DNA of 32,000 nucleotides from Pseudomonas aeruginosa (GCF_001457615.1 NZ_LN831024.1:6030001-6062000); one strand, 5' to 3'. Positions 1 through 10,212 are shown, numbered from the stretch's first letter. Made by a program: numbers and translations. The notes: a model not told the origin generated them from the sequence alone.

Positions 1-11
1 GGGAGATATCC

Positions 12-1565
12 TTGCTTCGCCGATTCCTCCTGCTGGCCCTCCTGGCCCTCTCCGGCTGCGCCAGCACTCCTCCGCCGCAACCGTCGTCGGCACTGCCCGC
101 CGAGGGTACCTGGCTGGCCAGGCAGGCCGAAATCCAGGGACGCGACCACCCCGGCCAGTCCGGCTTCCACCTCCTGGGCGCCAGCGAGGATGCCTTCGTC
201 GCCCGCGCGGCGCTGATTCGCGCAGCCCAGCGCAGCCTCGACATCCAGTACTACATCGTCCACGACGGACTGACCACGCGCGCCCTCGCCTACGAGTTGC
301 TCAAGGCAGCCGACCGTGGCGTGCGGGTACGCATCCTCATCGACGACACCGCCAGCGATGGCTGGGACTACGAGATCGGTGTGCTCTCCGCCCATCCGAA
401 CATCCAGGTGCGCCTGTTCAACCCGTTGCACCTGGGCCGCGCCACCGGCATCACGCGAGGCGTCGGCCGCCTGTTCAACCTGTCCCAGCAACACCGGCGC
501 ATGCACAACAAGCTGTGGCTGGCCGACGGCACGGCGGCCATCGTAGGCGGACGCAACCTCGGCGACGAGTATTTCAACGCCAAGCCGGAGATGAACTTCA
601 CCGACCTCGACCTGCTCGGCGTCGGCCCCATCGCCAACCAGCTCTCGCACAGCTTCGACCAGTACTGGAACAGCGCCATCAGCCGGCCGATCGAGGATTT
701 CCTCTGGCGCGCGCCCTATCCCGGCGAACTGGAGTCGGCCCGACGCAAGTTGCAGCGCTACCTGCGCAAGGAGTCGGTGAAGGAGTCCGGCTACATCCGC
801 CACCTGTTCGACCGCGGCGACCAGCCACGCCTGGGCAACTGGCTGGAGAATCTCACCTGGGCCCGCGCCGAGGCGATCTGGGATGCGCCGCTGAAGGTAT
901 TGAGCCGCGGCGAGCCCGACCCGCACCTATTGCTCAGTCCGCACCTGGCGGGCCTGTTCAAGGGCGTGCAGAAGGAACTGATCCTGGTCTCGGCGTATTT
1001 CGTTCCGGCCAAGGACGGTCTCAACTACCTCACCGGCAAGGCCGACAGCGGCGTCCGCGTGCGCCTGCTGACCAACTCCCTGGAAGCCACCGACGTGCCC
1101 GCCGTGCATGCCGGCTACGCGCCCTATCGGATGGCGCTGCTTGAGCATGGCGTTAAGCTCTACGAGCTGCGCGCCAATCCCGACCAGCCGCTGAGCGGCG
1201 CGCCCTGGCGCCTGCACGGATCGAGCAGCGCCAGCCTACACAGCAAGGCGATGGTCTTCGACCGGCGCAAGGTATTCATCGGTTCGTTCAACTTCGATCC
1301 GCGCTCGATCCTGTGGAACACCGAAGTCGGGGTCATCGTCGACAGTCCGCTGCTGGCCGAGCAGGTCCGCCAACTGGCGCTGGAGGGCATGGCGCCGAGC
1401 GTCAGCTACCAGGTGCGCATCGACCGCAGCGGTAGCCGGCCGAAGCTGGTCTGGATCGACGAACGCGACGGCCGGCCCCAGGTCCTGCGCCACGAGCCGG
1501 GCAGCCTGTGGCGACGCCTGAACGCCTGGGTCGCGGGAATGATCGGACTGGAAAAGATGCTCTGA
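12..1565 (+). CDS. Phospholipase D-family (PLDc) putative lipoprotein, TTG start; frame is open to the window edge so the start is uncertain
   Basis: Lipobox-like LLALSGCAS N-terminus; two HKD motifs (HNKLWLADGTAAIVGGRN and HSKAMVFDRRKVFIGSFN); GGGAGA ribosome-binding-like sequence before the TTG. Confidence 0.9.
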   Translation: MLRRFLLLALLALSGCASTPPPQPSSALPAEGTWLARQAEIQGRDHPGQSGFHLLGASEDAFVARAALIRAAQRSLDIQYYIVHDGLTTRALAYELLKAADRGVRVRILIDDTASDGWDYEIGVLSAHPNIQVRLFNPLHLGRATGITRGVGRLFNLSQQHRRMHNKLWLADGTAAIVGGRNLGDEYFNAKPEMNFTDLDLLGVGPIANQLSHSFDQYWNSAISRPIEDFLWRAPYPGELESARRKLQRYLRKESVKESGYIRHLFDRGDQPRLGNWLENLTWARAEAIWDAPLKVLSRGEPDPHLLLSPHLAGLFKGVQKELILVSAYFVPAKDGLNYLTGKADSGVRVRLLTNSLEATDVPAVHAGYAPYRMALLEHGVKLYELRANPDQPLSGAPWRLHGSSSASLHSKAMVFDRRKVFIGSFNFDPRSILWNTEVGVIVDSPLLAEQVRQLALEGMAPSVSYQVRIDRSGSRPKLVWIDERDGRPQVLRHEPGSLWRRLNAWVAGMIGLEKML

Positions 1566-1568
1566 GGG

Positions 1569-2732
1569 TCACTCGGAGGCTTCCAGGCCTGTCGCCTCGT
1601 CGTCCGCCGGAATCGCCCCGCGCAGCCGCACCAGCACCACGAAGCCCGCCGCGCCGAGCGCCATCATCAACGGCAGGGCGTGACCGCTGATCCACTGGCT
1701 GGCGGCGCCGGTGGCCAGCGGGCCGAGCAGGCAGCCGATGCCCCATAGCTGCGCGACATGGGCATTGGCCCGGACCAGGGCATCGTCTCGGTAGCGCTCG
1801 CCGATCAGGATCAGCGCCAGGGTGAACAACCCGCCGGCGCTGGCCCCGAACAGCACCAGCAGCGGCCAGATCAACGGCGTCTGCAGCAGCAGGGGAATCG
1901 CCAGGCTGCTCAGCAGCAGCACCAGGCCGCAGCCGCCGAACAGGCCGCTGCGCGAGACCCGGTCGGCGAGCCAGCCGATCGGCAGCTGCAACAATGCATC
2001 GCCCACCACCACGGTACTGACCATGGCCAGCGCCACCGCTTGCGGAAAGCCCTGGCGCAACCCGTATACCGGCAGCAGGGTGAGGATCATCGCCTCGAAG
2101 GCAGCGAACAACACCACCGCCCAGGCGATCGCCGGCAGACCCCGGCAGAAGGCCCACAAACCGCGCCCGGAGGCACTGTGCGGATCGACCCTGGGCGCAC
2201 CGCTGCGGCCCAGCAGCAGCAACGAGCCAGCAATCAGCAGGCAGACGCCGAACCAGAAGCCACGGTCGTCGGCGGTACCGATGAAGGTCAGCAGTACCGG
2301 CCCGGACAGTTGGCTGAGGGCGTAGCCGGTGCCGTACAGCGCGACCAGCCGGCCACGCCACTTCTCCACTGCCAACTGGTTGATCCAGCTTTCCCCGAGG
2401 ATGAACACCACGGTGAGCTGCACGCCGATCAGCAGGCGCAGCAACAGCCATACCGGGTAGCTCTGCAGCAGCGCCAGCAGGCCGACGGAGGCTGCCCCGG
2501 TGAGCAGGCACAACTGCATCAGCCGCGGCGTGCCGACGCGCGCGGCGAGGCGCCCGGCGATCATCGCGCCGAGCAGCACGCCCACTGCCGGCGTGCTGGC
2601 CATCACGCCGATGGCGAAACTGCCGTAGCCCCAGCTCTCCAGGCGCAACGAGACCAGCGGCATGGTCAGGCCAAGGGCGAGGCCGATGCTGATGACTGCG
2701 GAACAGACGGCGAAATAGCTTCCCCAACGCAT
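1569..2732 (-). CDS. Major facilitator superfamily (MFS) transporter
   Basis: 387 aa, about 12 hydrophobic segments, MFS loop-like GWLADRVSRSG and GRLAARVGTPR motifs. Confidence 0.88.
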   Translation of the reverse strand: MRWGSYFAVCSAVISIGLALGLTMPLVSLRLESWGYGSFAIGVMASTPAVGVLLGAMIAGRLAARVGTPRLMQLCLLTGAASVGLLALLQSYPVWLLLRLLIGVQLTVVFILGESWINQLAVEKWRGRLVALYGTGYALSQLSGPVLLTFIGTADDRGFWFGVCLLIAGSLLLLGRSGAPRVDPHSASGRGLWAFCRGLPAIAWAVVLFAAFEAMILTLLPVYGLRQGFPQAVALAMVSTVVVGDALLQLPIGWLADRVSRSGLFGGCGLVLLLSSLAIPLLLQTPLIWPLLVLFGASAGGLFTLALILIGERYRDDALVRANAHVAQLWGIGCLLGPLATGAASQWISGHALPLMMALGAAGFVVLVRLRGAIPADDEATGLEASE

Positions 2733-2878
2733 TGCGATTCTCCCGTTGGCACCCCGGAAGCCTTGCCGGGGCGAGCGGATATATCCGGCGCACGAAGCAC
2801 AGCGGCCGGGCTTCCAGAAGGAAACCCGGCCGCGGGTGTGGCTCGAGAGAGCCGGCCCGGAAGGGCCGACCTAGGCGA

Positions 2879-4372
2879 TCAGAGCTTGATCCAGGTCGCC
2901 TTCAGCTCGGTGTACTTGTCGAAGGCGTGCAGCGACTTGTCGCGACCGTTGCCCGACTGCTTGAAGCCGCCGAACGGAGCGGTCATGTCGCCGCCGTCGT
3001 ACTGGTTGACCCAGACGCTGCCGGCGCGCAGGGCCTTGGCAGTCAGGTGCGCCTTGGACAGGTTGCTGGTCCAGACCGCCGCCGCCAGCCCATAGGGCGT
3101 GTCGTTGGCGATGCGCACGGCTTCCTCGGCATCCTCGAACTCGATCACCGAGAGCACCGGGCCGAAGATTTCCTCGCGGGCGATCTTCATCGCATTGGTC
3201 ACGCCGTCGAAGATAGTCGGCTCGACGTAGGTGCCACCAGTTTCTTCCAGGGTCCGCTTGCCGCCGGCGACCAGCTTGGCGCCGTCGTTGTGACCGGCCT
3301 CGATGTAGGACAGCACGGTGTTCATCTGCTGGGTGTCCACCAGCGCGCCGACGTTGGTTTCCGGATCCAGCGGGTTGCCCGGTTTCCAGCCCTTGAGGGC
3401 CTCGATCACCAGGGGCAGGAACTTGTCCTTGATGGAGCGCTCCACCAGCAGGCGCGAACCGGCGGTGCAGACTTCGCCCTGGTTGAAGGCGATGGCGCCG
3501 GCAGCGGCTTCGGCGGCGGCCTTCAGGTCCGGGGCGTCGGCGAATACGATGTTCGGGCTCTTGCCGCCGGCCTCCAGCCAGACGCGCTTCATGTTCGACT
3601 CGCCGGCATAGACCATCAGTTGCTTGGCGATCTTGGTCGAACCGGTGAACACCAGGGTGTCGACATCCATGTGCAATGCCAGCGCCTTGCCTACCGTGTG
3701 GCCATAGCCCGGCAGCACGTTGAACACGCCTTTCGGAATGCCGGCCTCGACGGCCAGCTGGGCGATGCGGATGGCGGTCAGCGGCGACTTCTCGGAGGGC
3801 TTGAGGATCACCGAGTTGCCGGTGGCCAGGGCCGGACCGAGTTTCCAGCAGGACATCAGCAGCGGGAAGTTCCACGGCACGATGGCGGCGACCACGCCGA
3901 CCGGCTCGCGGGTCACCAGGCCCAGCTCGGCATGGGGAGTGGCGGCGACTTCGTCATAGATCTTGTCGATCGCCTCGGCGCTCCAGCGCAGGCTGTTGGC
4001 GGCGCTGGCGACGTCGATGTGCAGCGAGTCGCTGATCGGCTTGCCCATGTCCAGGGTTTCCAGCAGGGCCAGCTCCTCGGCGTTCTCCAGCAGCAGATCG
4101 GCGAAGCGGATCATCGTCTGCTTGCGCTTGGCCGGCGCCAGGCGCGACCAGGCGCCGGAATCGAAGGCATTGCGGGCGACCTTGACCGCCTGCTCGGCAT
4201 CGGCCAGGTCGCAACTGGCGACCTTGGCCAGGAAGCGGCCATCCACCGGGCTCAGGCAATCGAAGGTCTCGCCGGAGGCGGCGTTGCTGTATTCGCCGTT
4301 GACGAAGGCACGGCCTTCGATCTTCAGGTCTTTGGCGCGGGCTTCCCAGTCGGCGCGGGTCAGGGTGGTCAT
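2879..4372 (-). CDS. kauB: NAD(P)-dependent aldehyde dehydrogenase, 4-guanidinobutyraldehyde / gamma-glutamyl-gamma-aminobutyraldehyde dehydrogenase type
   Basis: 497 aa ALDH with WNFPLLMSCWKLGPAL, FTGSTKIAKQ, VWLEAGGKSPNIVF and FNQGEVCTAGSRLLVE motifs; adjacent to a polyamine/omega-amino acid transaminase (also called pauC). Confidence 0.88.
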   Translation of the reverse strand: MTTLTRADWEARAKDLKIEGRAFVNGEYSNAASGETFDCLSPVDGRFLAKVASCDLADAEQAVKVARNAFDSGAWSRLAPAKRKQTMIRFADLLLENAEELALLETLDMGKPISDSLHIDVASAANSLRWSAEAIDKIYDEVAATPHAELGLVTREPVGVVAAIVPWNFPLLMSCWKLGPALATGNSVILKPSEKSPLTAIRIAQLAVEAGIPKGVFNVLPGYGHTVGKALALHMDVDTLVFTGSTKIAKQLMVYAGESNMKRVWLEAGGKSPNIVFADAPDLKAAAEAAAGAIAFNQGEVCTAGSRLLVERSIKDKFLPLVIEALKGWKPGNPLDPETNVGALVDTQQMNTVLSYIEAGHNDGAKLVAGGKRTLEETGGTYVEPTIFDGVTNAMKIAREEIFGPVLSVIEFEDAEEAVRIANDTPYGLAAAVWTSNLSKAHLTAKALRAGSVWVNQYDGGDMTAPFGGFKQSGNGRDKSLHAFDKYTELKATWIKL

Positions 4373-4485
4373 GACAACGTGTCCTCTTATTGGTGTTCTG
4401 GGCGCCTGGGAGACAGGCGCGCTGTCAGATTCTGCAAGGCGGGCGCGCAGCCCGTGGTGTCCGCCACCCTAAACCAGAGCAGCGT

Positions 4486-4507
4486 CTGTTTTCAATATAT
4501 TTGACAG
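4486..4507. promoter_or_regulatory. AT-rich imperfect inverted repeat CTGTTTTCAATATATTTGACAG in the divergent kauB-gabT2 intergenic region; candidate operator
   Basis: CTGT...ACAG outer arms and TCAA...TTGA inner arms in otherwise GC-rich DNA; contains TTGACA, which could be a -35 element. Confidence 0.35.
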
Positions 4508-4601
4508 GGACCCCTCTAACTCCCTTGTCACGTTCATTATTTTAAACATAGACTCGCCCGGACTAGCGTCTTCATCCCTCGCGTGCAACCTGGGTGGCCC
4601 T

Positions 4602-5936
4602 ATGACAATGAATAACGAGCCGCAGTCGAGCAGCCTCGACAACTTCTGGATGCCCTTCACCGCCAACCGCCAGTTCAAGGCGCGGCCGCGCCTGCTGGAA
4701 AGCGCCGAAGGCATCCACTATATCGCCCAGGGCGGGCGCCGCATCCTCGACGGCACCGCCGGCCTCTGGTGCTGCAATGCCGGCCACGGCCGGCGCGAGA
4801 TCAGCGAAGCGGTGGCCCGGCAGATCGCCACCCTCGACTACGCCCCGCCGTTCCAGATGGGTCACCCGCTGCCGTTCGAACTCGCCGCGCGGCTGGCGGA
4901 AATCGCCCCGCCGAGCCTGAACAAAGTGTTCTTCACCAACTCCGGCTCGGAATCGGCGGACACCGCGCTGAAGATCGCCCTTGCCTACCAGCGCGCCATC
5001 GGCCAGGGCACCCGCACCCGCCTGATCGGCCGCGAACTGGGCTACCACGGGGTCGGCTTCGGCGGCCTGTCGGTAGGCGGTATGGTCAACAACCGCAAGG
5101 CCTTCTCCGCCAACCTGCTGCCGGGGGTCGACCACCTGCCGCACACCCTGGACGTCGCCCGCAACGCCTTCACCGTCGGCCTGCCCGAGCATGGCGTGGA
5201 AAAGGCCGAGGAGCTGGAACGCCTGGTGACCCTGCACGGCGCCGAGAATATCGCCGCGGTGATCGTCGAGCCGATGTCCGGCTCGGCCGGCGTGGTGCTG
5301 CCGCCCAAGGGCTACCTTCAGCGGCTGCGCGAGATAACCCGCAAGCATGGCATCCTGCTGATCTTCGACGAAGTGATCACCGGTTTCGGCCGCGTCGGCG
5401 AAGCCTTCGCCGCGCAGCGCTGGGGCGTCGTCCCGGACCTGCTGACCTGCGCCAAGGGGCTGACCAACGGCAGCATCCCGATGGGCGCCGTATTCGTCGA
5501 CGAGAAGATCCATGCTGCCTTCATGCAAGGCCCGCAGGGCGCCATCGAGTTCTTCCACGGCTATACCTATTCCGGCCATCCGGTAGCCTGCGCCGCCGCC
5601 CTGGCGACCCTGGACATCTACCGTCGCGACGACCTGTTCCAGCGGGCCGTCGAACTGGAAGGCTACTGGCAGGACGCGCTGTTCAGCCTGCGCGACCTGC
5701 CCAACGTGGTCGACATCCGCGCCGTAGGCCTGGTCGGCGGCGTGCAACTGGCGCCGCACGCGGACGGCCCCGGCAAGCGCGGCTACGACGTCTTCGAGCG
5801 CTGCTTCTGGGAGCACGACCTGATGGTCCGGGTGACCGGCGACATCATCGCCATGTCGCCGCCGCTGATCATCGACAAGCCCCACATCGACCAGATCGTC
5901 GAGCGCCTGGCCCAGGCCATCCGCGCCAGCGTCTGA
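4602..5936 (+). CDS. gabT2: PLP-dependent class III omega-amino acid:pyruvate/GABA aminotransferase
   Basis: 444 aa; FTNSGSESADTALKIA, LLIFDEVITGFGRVG, and TCAKGLTNG with the PLP-lysine; divergent from kauB. Confidence 0.85.
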   Translation: MTMNNEPQSSSLDNFWMPFTANRQFKARPRLLESAEGIHYIAQGGRRILDGTAGLWCCNAGHGRREISEAVARQIATLDYAPPFQMGHPLPFELAARLAEIAPPSLNKVFFTNSGSESADTALKIALAYQRAIGQGTRTRLIGRELGYHGVGFGGLSVGGMVNNRKAFSANLLPGVDHLPHTLDVARNAFTVGLPEHGVEKAEELERLVTLHGAENIAAVIVEPMSGSAGVVLPPKGYLQRLREITRKHGILLIFDEVITGFGRVGEAFAAQRWGVVPDLLTCAKGLTNGSIPMGAVFVDEKIHAAFMQGPQGAIEFFHGYTYSGHPVACAAALATLDIYRRDDLFQRAVELEGYWQDALFSLRDLPNVVDIRAVGLVGGVQLAPHADGPGKRGYDVFERCFWEHDLMVRVTGDIIAMSPPLIIDKPHIDQIVERLAQAIRASV

Positions 5937-6002
5937 TCCAGGCGGGCGGCTGGCGCCGCCCTGCCCCCCAACTGGCCAGAACCACAAGAACCGAGAGTCA
6001 GC

Positions 6003-6365
6003 ATGAACATCGAACAGATCGTCGACTTCGCCCAGGCCAACAGCGCCCCGGAGCACTACAGCCCGGCGCCGGAGAAAATCCTCAAGGGCGACCCGAAACA
6101 GAGCGTGCGCAACCACTATGGCAGCCCCTGCGGGCAGTTCAACGCCGGTATCTGGGAAGGCGCCGTGGGCCAGTGGACGGTGAACTACACCGAACACGAG
6201 TACTGCGAGATCATCCAGGGCGTCTCGGTGCTGCGCGACCGGCACGGCAACGCCAAGACCGTGCGCGCCGGCGACCGCTTCGTGATCCCTGCCGGCTTCC
6301 AGGGCACCTGGGAAGTGCTCGAAGCCTGTCGCAAGGTGTATGTGATCTTCGAAGCCAAGGCCTGA
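6003..6365 (+). CDS. Cupin domain-containing protein (EutQ/cupin_3-like)
   Basis: 120 aa; EHEYCEIIQGVSVLRD and RAGDRFVIPAGFQGTWEV cupin motifs; directly downstream of gabT2. Confidence 0.8.
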   Translation: MNIEQIVDFAQANSAPEHYSPAPEKILKGDPKQSVRNHYGSPCGQFNAGIWEGAVGQWTVNYTEHEYCEIIQGVSVLRDRHGNAKTVRAGDRFVIPAGFQGTWEVLEACRKVYVIFEAKA

Positions 6366-6398
6366 GCCCCGGCTTCATTCAGAATGCTTGTTACCCTT

Positions 6399-6422
6399 GC
6401 CCGCCACCTGGCGGGCTTTTTT
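6399..6422 (+). terminator. Rho-independent terminator downstream of the cupin gene
   Basis: Stem GCCCGCC-ACCT-GGCGGGC followed by TTTTTT. Confidence 0.88.
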
Positions 6423-6454
6423 GTGCGCGGCCCGGGGTTCGTACGCCGGAAATG

Positions 6455-6479
6455 AAAAAGCCCGCCAGGGGCGGGCTTT
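6455..6479 (-). terminator. Rho-independent terminator of rpmB-rpmG (reads on the minus strand)
   Basis: AAAGCCCGCC-AGG-GGCGGGCTTT stem; on the minus strand it ends in a T run (reverse complement of AAAAA at 6455-6459). Confidence 0.85.
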
Positions 6480-6497
6480 CGCAAGGTGCCGGATCAA

Positions 6498-6653
6498 TTA
6501 CTTGATCTTGGCTTCCTTGTAGATCACGTGCTGACGAACAACCGGATCGTACTTCTTGATCTCGATCTTCTCAGGCTTGGTACGCTTGTTCTTGTCGGTG
6601 GTGTAGAAGTGGCCGGTACCGGCGCTGGACACCAGACGAATCAATTCACGCAT
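6498..6653 (-). CDS. rpmG: 50S ribosomal protein L33
   Basis: Translates to [51 protein letters not shown] (51 aa); missing from the supplied ORF track because of its size. Confidence 0.95.
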
Positions 6654-6664
6654 GATTCAGCTCC

Positions 6665-6901
6665 TTAGAATTTTTCGCCGCGGGCACGCAGGTCAGCCAG
6701 GACGGCCTCGATGCCACGCTTGTCGATGATACGCATGCCCTTGGCGGAAACGCGCAGACGTACGAAGCGCTTCTCGGACTCGACCCAGAAACGGTGGTGC
6801 TGCAGGTTCGGCAGGAAACGGCGGCGGGTTTTGTTGTGTGCGTGGGAAATGTTATTCCCGGTAACCGGACCCTTACCGGTTACTTGACAGACTCTAGACA
6901 T
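6665..6901 (-). CDS. rpmB: 50S ribosomal protein L28
   Basis: [34 protein letters not shown]..., 78 aa, directly upstream of rpmG. Confidence 0.97.
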
Positions 6902-6926
6902 GCCTCAGCCCTCTATAACCTCATGC

Positions 6927-6945
6927 CCAACCCGGCATGGGTTGG
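6927..6945 (-). repeat. Short perfect inverted repeat in the rpmB-rpmG leader region
   Basis: CCAACCC-GGCAT-GGGTTGG starting 25 nt upstream of the rpmB start codon. Confidence 0.4.
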
Positions 6946-7255
6946 CTGCTTTAACTCAAGTTCGATACTCAGTTTCACCGGGGTCTTACCCGCTGCATCC
7001 CGACGAAGGAGAGCGTGGCCCCAGAAAAGAGCGCAGCTTTATATCAGAAAGGCGCCCCGCGCCGCAAGGGTGAAGACCATGGCGCAGCCGCGGCCCGCCT
7101 CACTGCGGGCTTCGCACCGCGGCCGTTCGTCGCCTTGCCTCGTTGTCGCTGCCCGCCGCATGGTCTAGGGTAGCGATTCAAGGTCGCCAACGGCCTTGCA
7201 TGACTGCGCCCAACCGCTGCGGATGGGCATGTTAACCGTTCGAATGGAGCCCGTC

Positions 7256-8836
7256 ATGCGCCTCGCCGCTTTCTCCCTGTTCCTCGCCCCCCTGCTGCTC
7301 GCCCAGCCCGCCGCCGCTGCCGCCTTGAGCGTGTGCACCGAAGCCAGCCCCGAGGGCTTCGACGTGGTCCAGTACAACTCGCTGACCACCACCAACGCCT
7401 CGGCCGATGTGCTGATGAATCGCCTGGTCGAGTTCGACGCCGGCAAGGGGACGGTGGTGCCCTCGCTGGCCGAGCGCTGGTCGGTGTCCGACGACGGCCT
7501 GAGCTATCGCTTCGACCTGCGCCAGGGTGTGCACTTCCACAGCACCGCCTACTTCAAGCCGAGCCGTACGCTCGACGCCGACGACGTGGTGTTCAGCTTC
7601 CAGCGCATGCTCGATCCGGCCAATCCCTGGCACAAGGTGGCGCAGAACGGCTTCCCGCACGCCCAGTCGATGCAACTGCCGGAGCTGATCAAGCGGGTGG
7701 AGAAAAGCGGCGACCACCAGGTGCTGTTCGTTCTCGACCACCCCGACGCGACCTTCCTGCCGATGCTGAGCATGGGCTTCGCCTCCATCTATTCGGCGGA
7801 ATACGCCGACCAGTTGATGAAGGCCGGAACCCCGGAAAAGCTCAACGCCGAGCCGATCGGCAGCGGCCCGTTCGTGTTCAAGCGCTTCCAGAAGGACGCG
7901 GTGGTGCGCTACGCCGCCAACCCCGAGTACTTCGCCGGCAAGCCGGCGGTCGACGCGCTGATCTTCGCCATCACCCCGGACGCCAACGTGCGCCTGCAGA
8001 AGTTGCGCCGCGGCGAATGCCAGATCGCCCTGTCGCCGAAGCCGCTGGACGTGGAGAGCGCGCGCAAGGACGCCAGCCTGAAGGTCGAGCAGACGCCGGC
8101 CTTCATGACCGCCTTCGTCGCCCTCAATACCCAGCATCCGCCGCTGGACGATCCCAAGGTGCGCCAGGCGATCAACCTGGCCTTCGACCGCACCAGCTAC
8201 CTGCAGGCGGTATTCGAAGGCAGCGCCAGTGCCGCCACCGGCATCTATCCGCCGAACACCTGGAGCTATGCCAGGGATATTCCCGCCTACCCGCACGCCC
8301 CCGAACAGGCGCGCAAGCTGCTGGCCGGCAAGCAGCTTCCCGAGCTGAACATCTGGACCCGCCCGTCCGGCAGCCTGCTCAACCCCAACCCGAGCCTCGG
8401 CGCCCAACTGCTCCAGGCCGACCTGGCGGAGGCCGGGATCAAGGCCAACATCCGCGTCATCGAATGGGGCGAGTTGATCCGTCGCGCCAAGAACGGCGAA
8501 CACGACCTGCTGTTCATGGGTTGGGCAGGCGACAACGGCGATCCGGACAACTTCCTCACTCCGCAATTCAGCTGCGCCAGCGTCAAGTCGGGGCTCAACT
8601 TCGCGCGCTATTGCGACCCCGGCCTGGACAAGCTGATTGCCGACGGCAAGGCCGCCAGCAGCCAGGAACAACGCACCGGTCTGTACCACCAGGCGCAGAA
8701 ACTGATCCACGAACAGGCGCTCTGGCTGCCCCTGGCCCACCCGACCGCCTTCGCCCTTACCCGCCAGGAGGTGCAGGGCTACCAGGTCAATCCGTTCGGT
8801 CGCCAGGATTTCTCTCGGGTCGCCGTGAAACGCTGA
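7256..8836 (+). CDS. dppA5: Periplasmic dipeptide/oligopeptide ABC transporter substrate-binding protein (SBP_bac_5 family)
   Basis: ATG at 7256 (MRLAAFSLFLAPLLLAQPAAA signal peptide) preferred over the track's TTG at 7196; DppA/OppA-like sequence (VVQYNSLTTTNASADVLMNRLVEFD, YRFDLRQGVHFH, DDVVFSFQRM). Symbol recalled from PAO1 PA5317 naming. Confidence 0.85.
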   Translation: MRLAAFSLFLAPLLLAQPAAAAALSVCTEASPEGFDVVQYNSLTTTNASADVLMNRLVEFDAGKGTVVPSLAERWSVSDDGLSYRFDLRQGVHFHSTAYFKPSRTLDADDVVFSFQRMLDPANPWHKVAQNGFPHAQSMQLPELIKRVEKSGDHQVLFVLDHPDATFLPMLSMGFASIYSAEYADQLMKAGTPEKLNAEPIGSGPFVFKRFQKDAVVRYAANPEYFAGKPAVDALIFAITPDANVRLQKLRRGECQIALSPKPLDVESARKDASLKVEQTPAFMTAFVALNTQHPPLDDPKVRQAINLAFDRTSYLQAVFEGSASAATGIYPPNTWSYARDIPAYPHAPEQARKLLAGKQLPELNIWTRPSGSLLNPNPSLGAQLLQADLAEAGIKANIRVIEWGELIRRAKNGEHDLLFMGWAGDNGDPDNFLTPQFSCASVKSGLNFARYCDPGLDKLIADGKAASSQEQRTGLYHQAQKLIHEQALWLPLAHPTAFALTRQEVQGYQVNPFGRQDFSRVAVKR

Positions 8837-8861
8837 AGGCCACGCCCGGGAGAACCCAGCG

Positions 8862-9410
8862 ATGGATCTCGACCGTCTCTACCTGCCGCATTGGCAGTTC
8901 AGCGAACACCACCAGCGGCTGATCGACGCGCCGGCCGCAGCGGTACTCGACGCGGTGGAAGACCTGCTGCGCTTCGACGACCCGCTGGTGCGCGCCTTCC
9001 TCGTCCTGCGCGAAGCGCCGGGAAGGCTGGCCGGCCTGCTGGGCCGGCGCAACGACCTGGCCGGCCGCCCACGCTTCGGCCTGCATGAGTTCACCCGCCT
9101 GGAGCGCCGCGCCGACCAGGCCATCGCCTACGGCCTGGTCGGCCGCTTCTGGCGCGCCGACTTCGCCCTGGAACGCATCGCGGACGGCGAGCATTTCCGC
9201 TGCTACGACCAGCCCGGAGTGGCCAAGCTCGTGCTGTGTTTCCGTTGCACGCCCAGCGCCAGCGGTACCCTGCTGCACACGGAAACCCGGGTGTTCTGCC
9301 CTGATCGCGCCAGCCGCCTGCGCTTCACCCCCTACTGGTTGGCGATCCGCCCGGTCAGCGGGCTGATCCGCCGGCGCCTGCTGGCGGGCATCGAGCGGCG
9401 CCTGGGCTGA
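8862..9410 (+). CDS. Conserved hypothetical protein, possibly SRPBCC-like
   Basis: 182 aa ORF 25 nt downstream of the peptide-binding protein gene; no clear catalytic motif. Confidence 0.7.
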   Translation: MDLDRLYLPHWQFSEHHQRLIDAPAAAVLDAVEDLLRFDDPLVRAFLVLREAPGRLAGLLGRRNDLAGRPRFGLHEFTRLERRADQAIAYGLVGRFWRADFALERIADGEHFRCYDQPGVAKLVLCFRCTPSASGTLLHTETRVFCPDRASRLRFTPYWLAIRPVSGLIRRRLLAGIERRLG

Positions 9411-9426
9411 GCCCTTCGTCGAACGC

Positions 9427-10212
<786 letters not shown>

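Noticed and set aside
2732-4504. 590-aa plus-strand ORF antisense to kauB
   Set aside because: Shadow ORF of a conserved aldehyde dehydrogenase; no signal or domain.
4572-6245. 557-aa minus-strand ORF antisense to gabT2
   Set aside because: Shadow ORF of a conserved aminotransferase gene with no family signature.
7232-8740. 502-aa minus-strand ORF antisense to the peptide-binding protein gene
   Set aside because: Shadow ORF; the plus strand has a clear signal peptide and SBP family motifs.
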